Shown piece by piece: positions 19,991-29,595 of a stretch of DNA of 64,000 bases. Origin of the DNA: an uncultured delta proteobacterium. Its GTDB lineage: Bacteria > Desulfobacterota > Binatia > UBA9968. Position numbers and translations under genes: made by a program. The stretch is taken from positions 544,001-608,000 of the forward strand of contig CAVUZH010000003.1 of NCBI GenBank assembly GCA_963745835.1, in the 5' to 3' direction. The first letter of the stretch is position 1. Each line of letters begins with the position of its first letter. A model generated the notes under the pieces. The model ran no database searches. It was not told the origin of the DNA and saw nothing but the letters and a program-made list of their open reading frames with translations.

Positions 19991-20206
19991 TGCTCTGATC
20001 CTTTCACCGGGAATATCCCTTCGGTGATCGACTGATTGGGACTTGCTTTTGAGCTGATGTGTGTCGGAGTATATTCGTCGAAAATGATCCAGGCAACGCA
20101 TACGGGATTGCGTCCTTCATGGCGCCCTGAGCCGTACCAGCCAGCGCGTCCTCTTGCACATAGGATCGTGCTCTAGTAGATCCGATGAAAGCTAAAGAAA
20201 ACGATC

Positions 20207-21598
20207 ATGGCTAATACAGGAGAAGCACCCAAAGAGTCCAAGTCATCCTCCCTCAAGCGGGTCATCGGAAGGAGGATGCTGCTGTTCTTTATCATCGGCG
20301 ATATCCTGGGAGCAGGCATCTACGTCCTGGTCGGCAGGGTGGCAGGCCATGTCGGGGGCATGCTGTGGTTGCCGTTTTTGCTTGCCTTCGTGCTCGCGGT
20401 ACTGACCGCAGCTGCGTACTCCGAGCTGGCGGGAAAATATTCCCAAGCTGCGGGCGCGGCGCTTTACGTCAATAAGGCATTTAAAATTCCTTTTGTGACG
20501 TTCATCGTGGCGTTCGCGGTTATGATGAGCGGTGTGACTTCAGCAGGCGTCTCGGCCCAGGCCTTCGGCGGCAGATATCTCGCGGAGTTCGTAACACTGC
20601 CGGTTATTGTCGGCGCGCTGATCTTTCTCGCACTTGTAACCCTGGTGAACTTTGTCGGAATTTCCGAGTCCGTCAAGGTGAATGTGACGCTCACTGTCAT
20701 CGAAGGTTCCGGCTTGCTCGTGATTGTCGCCATTGGAATTTATGCGTTACTCACCGGCGAAGGCGATCCGGGCCGGGCGTTAGAGTTCAACCCGCGCTCT
20801 GGCGCTTTTCTCAGTGTGCTGCAGGGGACCGCGTTGGCCTTCTTTGCGCTGCTCGGTTTTGAAGATTCGGTTAATCTTGCGGAAGAGACGAAGGATCCGG
20901 CGCGGGATTTTCCTTACGCGCTGTTTGGCGGCATCGTAGTAGCGGCAGTCATCTACATGGCGGTAGCCTTTACCGCCGCTATGCTGGTCGACACTCAGAC
21001 CTTGACGAATTCTTCCGGACCACTACTCGAGGTGGTCAAGGTTGCGGGCCTGCCGTTTCCGCCCAAGCTGTTCGCGTTGATCGCGCTATTTGCCGTCGCC
21101 AATACCGCTCTCATGAACATGATTATGGCTTCGCGTCTGGTCTACGGCATGGCTTGTCAGCGCGTCGTGCCATCTATGTTTGCCAATGTCCACCCCGCGC
21201 GCGGCACCCCTTGGGTCGCGATCCTGTTCACGACCGCAATCGCTGCAGTGCTGGTGGCTACCGGAGATATCGGCGGCCTGGCCGAGACCACTGTGATTTT
21301 GCTGCTGTGCGTATTTGCGCTGGTCAACGTATCCGTGCTGGTGTTGCGCCGAGACCGCGTCGATCACGAGCATTTTCGCGCACCGACGTGGATGCCGGTT
21401 CTCGGCGCGTTGGTCTGCGTGGTCCTGGCACTACCGATCACCGGGCGTGACCCCGCCGTTTATGTGCGAGTGGGCGTCCTGATTGCCATCGGCGTTGTCC
21501 TCTGGTTCATCAATCGCCTGTGCGTTGGCAAGGTGCAAGAGCTTGATGCGACGCCAGATCATGTCGGGCGAGTGACGGTCACGCATGCCGGTAAATGA
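20207..21598 (+). CDS. APC-family amino acid permease
   Basis: GDILGAGIY, FFALLGFED..NLAEE, ASRL.YGM, about 12 hydrophobic segments. Confidence 0.92.
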   Translation: MANTGEAPKESKSSSLKRVIGRRMLLFFIIGDILGAGIYVLVGRVAGHVGGMLWLPFLLAFVLAVLTAAAYSELAGKYSQAAGAALYVNKAFKIPFVTFIVAFAVMMSGVTSAGVSAQAFGGRYLAEFVTLPVIVGALIFLALVTLVNFVGISESVKVNVTLTVIEGSGLLVIVAIGIYALLTGEGDPGRALEFNPRSGAFLSVLQGTALAFFALLGFEDSVNLAEETKDPARDFPYALFGGIVVAAVIYMAVAFTAAMLVDTQTLTNSSGPLLEVVKVAGLPFPPKLFALIALFAVANTALMNMIMASRLVYGMACQRVVPSMFANVHPARGTPWVAILFTTAIAAVLVATGDIGGLAETTVILLLCVFALVNVSVLVLRRDRVDHEHFRAPTWMPVLGALVCVVLALPITGRDPAVYVRVGVLIAIGVVLWFINRLCVGKVQELDATPDHVGRVTVTHAGK

Positions 21599-21668
21599 CA
21601 TCGTTGTCTAAATTTCTTTCTCGTTGTTTGGCCTCGCATCATCAGTTCATTGACAGTTCAGCCGGAAA

Positions 21669-22070
21669 TTAATTCCAGACCGTAACGGTCAAGTTTCCTT
21701 CCGAAGTAAGCGCATCCGCTGTGATCAACGGGCAGCGAAGTTGTCGAGCTGTGGCAACGATTACTCTGTCAGCGGGATCGCGAATGGCGGCAAGTGAAAC
21801 GGATTCTAGCAAGATTTCAATCGTGTAGGATTGCACCTGAAAGTTAGCGGAACGATCTAGCGCCTCCGCTCAGCGGCGGAACGGTACCGATAGCTGAACG
21901 ACTTTCTTTTCAATCAAACGCGCCGTCTCTTCGAGCACGATGATGGGAACCGCAATCGAATGTTTTCCACTCTCTGCTTCTTGAAAAATTCGCCGTGCCC
22001 TCTTGCCGAGCCGATTCTTCCGATCGGAGGCCCAAAAGATCAGGGAGTGCGTGTCCGTAACGTAAATCAC
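21669..22070 (-). pseudogene. vapC: VapC/PIN toxin with a single in-frame TGA at 21870-21872
   Basis: YVTDTH..IFW; frame continues past TGA as AEALDRS...RDPADRVIVATA...PLITAD...VWN* to TAA at 21669 (134 codons in total). Confidence 0.85.
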
Positions 22071-22366
22071 TTAAACCCCGAGATGAGGCGGTCAAGGGAT
22101 TTCTCCCGTTCTTTCCTAATTTTCCTGAAGGCCTGATCGATGTCACCAGTGACCGCCATGCTGCCCGTCAGCTTGAGAGGAGACTGCTTCGCCGCGCGCT
22201 GGTAATACGCCAATTCCTCCTCCACCCTGCTGTGCCACTCAGCATTGACTAGCACCACCTTGATCTTCGATCGCTGGGCAATCGCGAGCGGGCCTTTTCC
22301 ACTGTCGACTTCGGCAACCAACTCGCTGAGTTTAGCTCGCGCCTGGGTCAATGATAACTGCTTCAT
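22067..22366 (-). CDS. Phd/YefM-family antitoxin
   Basis: MKQLSLTQARAKLSELV..V.....P..I......VVLV; overlaps the toxin start. Confidence 0.88.
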   Translation of the reverse strand: MKQLSLTQARAKLSELVAEVDSGKGPLAIAQRSKIKVVLVNAEWHSRVEEELAYYQRAAKQSPLKLTGSMAVTGDIDQAFRKIRKEREKSLDRLISGFK

Positions 22367-22382
22367 GGAGCAACTCCCTTTC

Positions 22383-22400
22383 TGTACATCCAACTGTACA
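22383..22400. promoter_or_regulatory. YefM-type operator: two TGTACA palindromes 12 bp apart
   Basis: TGTACA at 22383-22388 and 22395-22400, just upstream of the antitoxin RBS. Confidence 0.75.
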
Positions 22401-22622
22401 AAAAGAACAAGGTCCCATGAACGGATTACGGCACTACTCGACAGGTCCTTGCGTTCGTTTTAGGCATCACAGCTTTGTTCATTCTAGCCTTTCAGCCTTT
22501 ATAAATTCGATCAAATCACGTTAGCGGCTCATCCTGCCTGACAGAGGGAAAGCGACGATTGCTTTTTGACCTGTAACCGATCCCCTGATACAACCGCAAA
22601 GATCGCTCATAGAAGATCGTTC

Positions 22623-23627
22623 ATGAAGGAGAGTCTTTGCGTTATGAGAAAGCCAGCCTGTTTTGTTGTGCTGCTCGTGCTGTCGATTATCGTTCCTCCT
22701 CACCTTGGCAGAGCCGAGACGGTTCGCGCCGGGTATACGTCTCGAGATCTTAACTACCTGCCGTTTTTCATCGCGCGCAAGCACTTTCATCCTAAAGAAG
22801 GTTTACAAGTCGATCTTGTGAGCATCGGCCGGAGTGATGTTCAGCTTCAGGCGCTGGTTACCGGTGATCTTCATTTTGCTAATATCAACGCCGACGGCAT
22901 TATCATCTGGAACGAGCGCAGCGGCGGTGGCGGCGATCTGAAGGTTGCCGCGGGTTCGAGCAACGCCGCGCCTTATCTTCTCGTCGGAGCAAAACACATC
23001 AAGCGGATCGAGGATCTCAAGGGACAGAGACTCGGGGTTGCGAGCTTGCGCGGCGGCGCTACTTCTATTCTGCTCTCTTATCTCAAGAGTAAAGGGCTTG
23101 TTTATCCGCGGGATTTTTCGATGGTGGTGATCGCGGGCGGCACGCCGGCGCGTCTTAGCGCTCTTGAAAGCGGCGCCATTGCCGGCGCCGTCTTGGGGAT
23201 TCCGTACGGGGACATTGCTGTCGACAAAGGGTTCCCGAGCCTGGGCGACACGATGGAGGTGATCTCGACCTATCAATTCAATTCTATCAATATAAATCCG
23301 GCATGGGCTGAAAAAAATCGCCCCTCGGTGGTCAAATTCATCAAGGGCCACATTCAGGCTTTGCGCTGGATTTATGACCGGCCTGCCGAAGCCGCGGATT
23401 TTTTAACTAAGGAGCTTGGCCTGCAGGCGCCTTACGCGCGTCGTGGGATCGATTATTACATCAAGAAAAAAGTTTACGCCGTAAACGGCGAGGTAACGTT
23501 GCCGGGGCTCAAAGTGAACATCGAGGTGCAGGCGCAAGACGGGGTGCTGAAAGAGCCGTTGCCGGCACCGGAGAAATATATCGATGTGAGTTATCTGCGC
23601 CAGGCGCAGAAAGAGCTAGGATTGTAA
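22623..23627 (+). CDS. NitT/TauT-family ABC substrate-binding protein
   Basis: Signal peptide, EDLKGQRLGV.SL.GG, RLSALESG, D.SYL..AQKELG. Confidence 0.9.
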   Translation: MKESLCVMRKPACFVVLLVLSIIVPPHLGRAETVRAGYTSRDLNYLPFFIARKHFHPKEGLQVDLVSIGRSDVQLQALVTGDLHFANINADGIIIWNERSGGGGDLKVAAGSSNAAPYLLVGAKHIKRIEDLKGQRLGVASLRGGATSILLSYLKSKGLVYPRDFSMVVIAGGTPARLSALESGAIAGAVLGIPYGDIAVDKGFPSLGDTMEVISTYQFNSININPAWAEKNRPSVVKFIKGHIQALRWIYDRPAEAADFLTKELGLQAPYARRGIDYYIKKKVYAVNGEVTLPGLKVNIEVQAQDGVLKEPLPAPEKYIDVSYLRQAQKELGL

Positions 23628-23633
23628 GAGTTG

Positions 23634-23774
23634 TCGGAGAAGCGATTATGGAAAAGTTTAAAATCATCGATGCCGATTCCCATATCGAGGAGGTAATGAT
23701 TTTAGGAGATCATCGGAGAGCAAGTTATGGAGAAATTTAAAATCATCGATGCCGATTCCCATATCGAGGAGGTG
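23634..23774 (+). repeat. Tandem duplication (79-bp period) of the amidohydrolase RBS and first 16 codons
   Basis: MEKFKIIDADSHIEEV encoded at both 23648 and 23727. Confidence 0.92.
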
Positions 23775-24980
23775 ACTGAGATCTGGGATCATCTAGAGCC
23801 GGAGTTCCAATCACGGCGACCGTTTCCCGTCACTGTCGAAAAGAACATCGGCCACACGAATCTCAACGCGTTCTGGTACATAGACGGAGCTGCGGTGCCT
23901 AAACTGGAGGGACCCGGCACGATCCTGATCGCGACGCCGCTGACTTCAACCTACGCGCAAGGCAAGCCGTTCAGTGTCGGCAGCCAGGGCCTTACCGACG
24001 TTAAAGCGCGTTTGAAAGATCTCGACGATTTTGGTCTTGACGTTCAGGTTATTTATCCCACCTTGTTTCTCGCCACGTTAACCGATGACCTAGTTTTCGA
24101 AGCTGCACTGATGCGTGCGTACAATAGCTATCTTGCGCGTGCCTGCGCTCAAGCGCCGGACCGTTTAAAATGGGCCGGTGTCGTGCCGCTGCGCTCGCCG
24201 GCAGAGGCAGCCAAAGAGGTGCGGCGTTGCAAAGAGCTCGGCGCCTCGGCGATCACGACGATGGGAACAGCCGGTGAGAGACTCTTACACGATAAATCTT
24301 TATTCCCGGTTTATGCGGAAATGGAACGGCAGAACCTGCCGTTTTGTGTTCACGTCGGCTGGAGCCATCCCGGGCTCAACCAGAGCTGCGAGAACATTTA
24401 CATGTCGAGGATCTCATTCACCCTGCCGGTACTCGCGGCCTTTTGGTCGATTCTCGGCGGCGGCGTATTGGATGAATTCCCTCGCTTGCGCGTCGCCTTC
24501 CTTGAGGCCGGTTCGGAGTGGCTGCCGTACTGGATCGGCCGGATGGATCACTACTATCACGCGGATACCGGCAATGCGCGGGGCGGGTACATGCCGAAAA
24601 AGCGTCCGCCGCAATACTTAAAAGAAGGGCGGGTGTTCTTCACCTGCGAAGCCGAGGAGGCGTCGTTGCCGCAGGTCCTCGAGCTGCTCGGCGAGGACCA
24701 GATGATGGCTTCCGCGGATATTCCGCACGGCGAAGCGCGTGAGCGCTCCATGGATGTGGTGCGCGCCCGGAGCGATCTTTCCGAAACCGTAAAGAAAAAG
24801 ATCCTCGGCGAAAATGCCGCGAGATTTTACGAGTCTGTAGTTTCAGCCGTCCTTTTTAGGGAAGGGAGTTCGGTTTCCCAAGTATCAGTGCAAAAGGGCG
24901 GAGCTGCTATAGCCGCTGCCTTACAGCGCTGTAGTGTTTGGTGCGAACAACTGGTCAATGGCCAAAGGATGACTGACTAA
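23727..24980 (+). CDS. Amidohydrolase_2-family protein; C-terminus extended by a probable +1 frameshift at about 24833
   Basis: IIDADSH, AYN, HVG, FLEAG..W, SADIPH, KILGENAARFY. Confidence 0.9.
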   Translation: MEKFKIIDADSHIEEVTEIWDHLEPEFQSRRPFPVTVEKNIGHTNLNAFWYIDGAAVPKLEGPGTILIATPLTSTYAQGKPFSVGSQGLTDVKARLKDLDDFGLDVQVIYPTLFLATLTDDLVFEAALMRAYNSYLARACAQAPDRLKWAGVVPLRSPAEAAKEVRRCKELGASAITTMGTAGERLLHDKSLFPVYAEMERQNLPFCVHVGWSHPGLNQSCENIYMSRISFTLPVLAAFWSILGGGVLDEFPRLRVAFLEAGSEWLPYWIGRMDHYYHADTGNARGGYMPKKRPPQYLKEGRVFFTCEAEEASLPQVLELLGEDQMMASADIPHGEARERSMDVVRARSDLSETVKKKILGENAARFYESVVSAVLFREGSSVSQVSVQKGGAAIAAALQRCSVWCEQLVNGQRMTD

Positions 24981-25880
24981 ACCTTGCTCATGTAGGTAAA
25001 TAGCTAAGGTCTCCAGAACTTTTCGGTTCTTTTCCAGGCCGTACGCCCAGGGGTCATTGCCGACGATGGATATCTGCTCGTCGACCGCTTCTCTTGACCA
25101 GATGATGCTCAACTTGTACGCATTGAGATCAAACAGATTCTGATAGGCCAGCTCCTTAGCCCTTTGAAAAGCGTTGAAGAGGCTGACCGCGATCCACGGT
25201 TCTTTTTTCCAAACGTCTTCGCGTATTGCTACGGTATGCATCACTGGAAAAATCCGGGTTTTTTTGTAATAGGCCTGTTCAACTTCTTTATAGTTTTCGA
25301 ATAAGCGTTTCACTTCCGCGGTTCCGGCCAACAGAGAAGGAAACAGCTGCGCCAAAATGACCGCATCCAGTTCACCGGCTTTGAGCATCTGCTCGGGATC
25401 CTGATGATTCGGGATCGCCTGGATGTCGAATCGCTTGGGAGGCTCGATTTCCATGCGTGTCTTCGCCCACGTAAACCAGTGGATTTTCTCCAGTGGCACG
25501 CCGTATTCGTGTTGTAGAATACCCCTCATCCATACGGTTGCCGTCTGCTGAAAGTCAGCGACTCCGACGCGCTTGCCGACAAGATCGGCCGGTGTGTTGA
25601 TGCCACTTTTACGATTCACAAAGATATAAGAGTGCCGGAAAGTACGCGCCGGAAATACCGGTATTGCGATAAGAGGCTTGCCCATGCTCTTAGCGATCAA
25701 GTAGGAGGATAGCGAGAGCTCGGAGGCATCGAAGTCATAATCGTTCAACATCCGACGCCAGATCTCCGAATAGCGGAGGACCATCCAGTTCAGCTCCAGC
25801 CCATCGGGTTTTACCGTGCCGTCGAGTAAAGCCTGGGTGCGGTCATAGCAGCCACCCGCGAACGTAATTCGCTTGCTCAT
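24921..25880 (-). CDS. 4,5-dihydroxyphthalate decarboxylase-like protein (SBP fold)
   Basis: YDRT.AL.DG.V, DASELSLSSY, PVFP.R.FRHS, QQTA.VW.RG.L, FPVMH, DPW.YG. Confidence 0.85.
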   Translation of the reverse strand: MSKRITFAGGCYDRTQALLDGTVKPDGLELNWMVLRYSEIWRRMLNDYDFDASELSLSSYLIAKSMGKPLIAIPVFPARTFRHSYIFVNRKSGINTPADLVGKRVGVADFQQTATVWMRGILQHEYGVPLEKIHWFTWAKTRMEIEPPKRFDIQAIPNHQDPEQMLKAGELDAVILAQLFPSLLAGTAEVKRLFENYKEVEQAYYKKTRIFPVMHTVAIREDVWKKEPWIAVSLFNAFQRAKELAYQNLFDLNAYKLSIIWSREAVDEQISIVGNDPWAYGLEKNRKVLETLAIYLHEQGLVSHPLAIDQLFAPNTTAL

Positions 25881-26044
25881 GGGATCCTCGCCTTAAGTCG
25901 GAATAATTTGCGGCCGAAGATACTAAAGGAAAAATAAAGGGTCAATCCATGCTGTTTGGTGCATACGTGCGAGACACTGATGTGAGCTGGTCAGCATAGC
26001 GCCTAAGTGCGTTAGTATAAAAGTAGCTCCACGCTACTCGCCAG

Positions 26045-26956
26045 CTAAATCAAAGTTGTTGCAAGCTCCGGTGTCTTGTCGCGTAGGAACTGCAAAAAGG
26101 TTTTGGCGGCTCGAGAGATAACCCGGCCTTCCCGATAGATGATGCCGTGCTCGATGGAAAGCTTGAGGTCCGGGACATCGATGACAGAGATCATATTGAG
26201 CGCCAGCTCGTTGGCTAACCACCGCCGGGCAATGATGGCCAAGCCGAAGCCCTCGGCCACGGCTACCTTGATGGCCTCGTGGCTGGAAAGCTCCATCGCG
26301 ACATTGATGTTCAATCCTTTCCGGGCGAAGTAGGAACGCACCAGTTCTCTTCCCGCGGATTCCGGTTCACGCAGAATAAAAGGATGGAGAGCTAGCTCGC
26401 GAAGGCTAACGCGCCGTTTACGCGTCAGTGGATGTCCGGGCGGCGCGGCGGTGACCATGGCCGAGGTTGCGTAGGCCTCGTATTTCAGCCCGGCGACTCT
26501 AGGTTTTCTGCTAAACATCGCCAACTCCACCGCATCGTTCTGCAGCAGCTGTTCGACTTGAGAAGAGGCGCCATAGTTCATGTTGATTTCCAGATTGGGG
26601 TAGAGATTTTTGAACATACTCAGGGCTTTCGGAAAGAGATAGGTTCCCGGAAGTCCGGCAGCCGCCACCGCTAACTTTCCCCGACCCAAGCCTAACAGCT
26701 CCTGGACATCTTGCCGAGCCATATCCAAATCCGTCAGTACACGCTGCGCATGTTGTCTCAAGAGCTCACCGGCTTGGGTGAGCTCTACTCGTCGACCGCG
26801 CCTCAGAAAGAGATTTGTCCCGCACCAATCTTCGAGCTGTCGAATGTGCAGAGAAATAGACGGCTGGCTGATATGCAGAACCTCGGCGGCGCGTGAGAAG
26901 TTCTTTAGTCGCGCACATTCGAGGAACACTCTAAACCGGTCGGTATCCATACGCAT
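26045..26956 (-). CDS. LysR-family transcriptional regulator
   Basis: NFSRAAE.LHISQPSIS.HIRQLE...G..LF.R..R.VELT.AG. Confidence 0.93.
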   Translation of the reverse strand: MRMDTDRFRVFLECARLKNFSRAAEVLHISQPSISLHIRQLEDWCGTNLFLRRGRRVELTQAGELLRQHAQRVLTDLDMARQDVQELLGLGRGKLAVAAAGLPGTYLFPKALSMFKNLYPNLEINMNYGASSQVEQLLQNDAVELAMFSRKPRVAGLKYEAYATSAMVTAAPPGHPLTRKRRVSLRELALHPFILREPESAGRELVRSYFARKGLNINVAMELSSHEAIKVAVAEGFGLAIIARRWLANELALNMISVIDVPDLKLSIEHGIIYREGRVISRAAKTFLQFLRDKTPELATTLI

Positions 26957-26992
26957 GGGGTATTCTATTCTCGTGTGCTTTGGGCGGCAACT

Positions 26993-27048
26993 ATTAAAGA
27001 TCCTAATGAGCAAATCAGAAATTTATATTGGACATAGAGAAACTTCAT
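26993..27048. promoter_or_regulatory. LysR boxes (T-N11-A) in the divergent intergenic region
   Basis: ATTA-N7-TAAT at 26993-27007 and a second T-N11-A at 27034-27048. Confidence 0.55.
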
Positions 27049-27266
27049 TTATAGAAAGAGCTCTCTCACGCGAGCCTCATGCAAAGCCGCATAGCTGTGT
27101 CAGCGGATGGAGGATGATCCGGATCCCTATAACGAGACTGTGAAATCCGACATCACAGATCCCAATCAGCAGCAAATAAGAAAAGAATATTGAACAATGC
27201 ATTAGAGGGCGAGTAGCGGTAAGCCTCTGAAACACAGTGAGGCGCAAAAAAGGAGGTATCAGTTCA

Positions 27267-28364
27267 ATGATTATCGATTTGGATTCCCACTCTCGCCCCC
27301 GGCGAGAAGACTACGTGATTGATTCGGAGTACGAACACCTGCGACCGCGGGCTTACACGGACTCAAAAGGAAATATCCGCAGAGTCTTTAACAATAAAAT
27401 CGTTAGCGTGTCGACTGCGGGTGAGAGAAAAATCGCCGATAGCGAGGGCAAAGCTGCATGGCGTGCCGCCGAATACGACGGCACGGTAAGATACCAGCAG
27501 GTGAAGGAGGCTGGAATCGACTATCAGTTTGTCTCTGCCGGCACGGTCGGTATGTTCAATTACATCGACGCCAAACCAGGTGCCGCATTCATCCGGGCTT
27601 CCAACAATTTTATTCACAACACCTTTATGAAGCCGTACCCGAAGACTTTCACGGGAGCACCGCAGCTTCCACTGCAAGATATCCCTGAGGCGATGAAGGA
27701 ACTGGAGAGATGTGTAAAAGAGCTAGGCATGCTGACTTTTCTTATGCCGACGAATTGGAACGGCATCGACCTGGCAGATCCGCATTGGTGGAATTTTTAC
27801 GATAAAGTTCGTGATCTTGGAATCAGGGGCATTATTGTCCATATCGGCAGTTTCGCTGGTCCATGGGTCGGTCAGGAGCGCTTATCGGTGCTCGGGCCTG
27901 ACGGTACCGCGGGCAGGCGTATCGTCTCACAACCTTTTGAATATTGCACGAACATGATCAATCTCATGTTCGGCGGACTTATGGATTCCTTTCCGGAATT
28001 CAATTTTGCTTTCCTCGAAGCGGGCGCTGAGTTTGCCGTCAACTTTAAGCATCGAGTCAAGGAAAACGTCGAGCAGATCGCCTACTTGCAGGACAACCTG
28101 ACCTCGCCGATCGATAAATACTTCGATCGTTTTTATTTCGTCGTCGACGATCTGCTTCTGGAAGATGAGGGCAAGAGATTGACCGCCGCCGTCGATGAAC
28201 TCGGAGCAGATCACCTGTTCTACGGATCGGATTATCCCCACGACGACGGCCACTTGGACACAGCGTCCAAGATAAACCGGCTCGCCAGTATTTCGACCGA
28301 GGCGAAGGAGAAAATACTTGGCGGGAATGCGGGTGCATTTATGGGGGGAAAGTTAGGATTCTGA
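27267..28364 (+). CDS. Amidohydrolase_2-family protein
   Basis: IIDLDSH, LPLQD...A..EL.R, FLEAG, YGSDYPH.D, KILG.NA; RBS AGGAGG. Confidence 0.9.
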   Translation: MIIDLDSHSRPRREDYVIDSEYEHLRPRAYTDSKGNIRRVFNNKIVSVSTAGERKIADSEGKAAWRAAEYDGTVRYQQVKEAGIDYQFVSAGTVGMFNYIDAKPGAAFIRASNNFIHNTFMKPYPKTFTGAPQLPLQDIPEAMKELERCVKELGMLTFLMPTNWNGIDLADPHWWNFYDKVRDLGIRGIIVHIGSFAGPWVGQERLSVLGPDGTAGRRIVSQPFEYCTNMINLMFGGLMDSFPEFNFAFLEAGAEFAVNFKHRVKENVEQIAYLQDNLTSPIDKYFDRFYFVVDDLLLEDEGKRLTAAVDELGADHLFYGSDYPHDDGHLDTASKINRLASISTEAKEKILGGNAGAFMGGKLGF

Positions 28365-28494
28365 CAGCGAAAGTAAAGAGGGAGTCTGGTGGCAATGCGA
28401 TGGTTGTAGTAGAAGGACCGATAAAACAATTGAAGGTGAATCCATAGCTTGATGGCCTTCGGACAATGCTGCACGGCAATAAAGGGATTTGAAA

Positions 28495-29463
28495 ATGGTT
28501 CTCTTTAAGTTTCGTTTCTTAGCAGCGTTATTTTGTATCTTCGGCTCACCCGCCGTTGACCGAGTCACGGCAGCGGACAACGTTAAACTCTCGATCTCCA
28601 GTGTTGAGGGGTCGTTTCTCTTCGGTGCCGTCGCTGCGAAGAAGGGCTTCTTTGCACAAGAACAGTTAAACGCCGAAATCGTTCGAGTTGCAGGCAACGT
28701 GATGGTGCCGGCGCTTGCCAATGGCGATATCGATTATACGTTGATGTTCGGGTCGGTCATCCGTGCGGCCTTAAGCGGCTTTCCGTTCAAAATGATAGCC
28801 AGTTTTGTGGATAGCCCGACTGGAGCGTTAGTCGGCAAAGCGAATCTAAATTCGGCCGCGAGCCTCAAGGGAACCAGGATTGCGGTCAGCTCCTTCGGTG
28901 CCGGCGCCCACGTGACCGCCGTTTTGACGGTACAACATCTGGGGCTTAATCAGAATGATGTCAAATTTGTCGCTTCAGGCGGCGACGCCGGAAGGTTAGC
29001 GGCGCTCGAAAACAACCTTGTCGACGTAGCACTCTTAAATCCTGCCGCTGCAGTCAGGGCGGAAAAGCTCGGATTTCGTGTGATCGCCAGATCGTACGAT
29101 CTCTTTACCTTTCCCTATGCCGGGTTGGGTGTTGCCAATAAGAAACTTGCGGAGAAACCGGGCGAGGTAAGGAGGGTCCTCAAGGCGTTGATCAAGGGAA
29201 GTCGATTCATACGTGAAAATCGCGATGAAACGGTTCAAATCCTCAGTGATTGGGCGCGAATCGATCGGCAAAGCGCATCGGATTATTATGACGCCACTTG
29301 GAAAACTTCCAGCCAAGACGGAAGCATACCGGAAAAGGGTCTCCGCTTGGTGATAGAGGATGCGCGCAAGGCATTGAAGATCGAGCGCGAGGTCGCCAGT
29401 TCTGAAGTCGCTGATTTTACCCTGGTCAAAGAGGCGCAAAAGGAGCTTAGACTGAATCGTTGA
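28495..29463 (+). CDS. NitT/TauT-family ABC substrate-binding protein
   Basis: KGFF..E.L, LKG.RIAVSSFG, RLAAL, ADF.LVKEAQKEL. Confidence 0.9.
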   Translation: MVLFKFRFLAALFCIFGSPAVDRVTAADNVKLSISSVEGSFLFGAVAAKKGFFAQEQLNAEIVRVAGNVMVPALANGDIDYTLMFGSVIRAALSGFPFKMIASFVDSPTGALVGKANLNSAASLKGTRIAVSSFGAGAHVTAVLTVQHLGLNQNDVKFVASGGDAGRLAALENNLVDVALLNPAAAVRAEKLGFRVIARSYDLFTFPYAGLGVANKKLAEKPGEVRRVLKALIKGSRFIRENRDETVQILSDWARIDRQSASDYYDATWKTSSQDGSIPEKGLRLVIEDARKALKIEREVASSEVADFTLVKEAQKELRLNR

Positions 29464-29470
29464 TGGTCGA

Positions 29471-29577
29471 CTAGCAGGGTGCTGAAAAAAGCCTCTTGCA
29501 GGCTGCTCAAAAAGATCCAGAGGCGAGGCGATTGAGCGGCAACGAAGCATATGGGTATTTTTCAGCAGCCTGCCTAG
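29471..29577 (+). mobile_element. MITE family A, copy 1 (with a doubled left end)
   Basis: CTAG-CAGGGTGCTGAAAAA / GCAGGCTGCTCAAAAA ... TTTTTCAGCAGCCTGC-CTAG. Confidence 0.75.
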
Positions 29578-29595
29578 TAAAACAAAAGAAAGCGT

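Noticed and set aside
21870-21872. Selenocysteine or genome-wide TGA recoding
   Set aside because: Position is not a Cys site, and many intact genes in the window end in TGA
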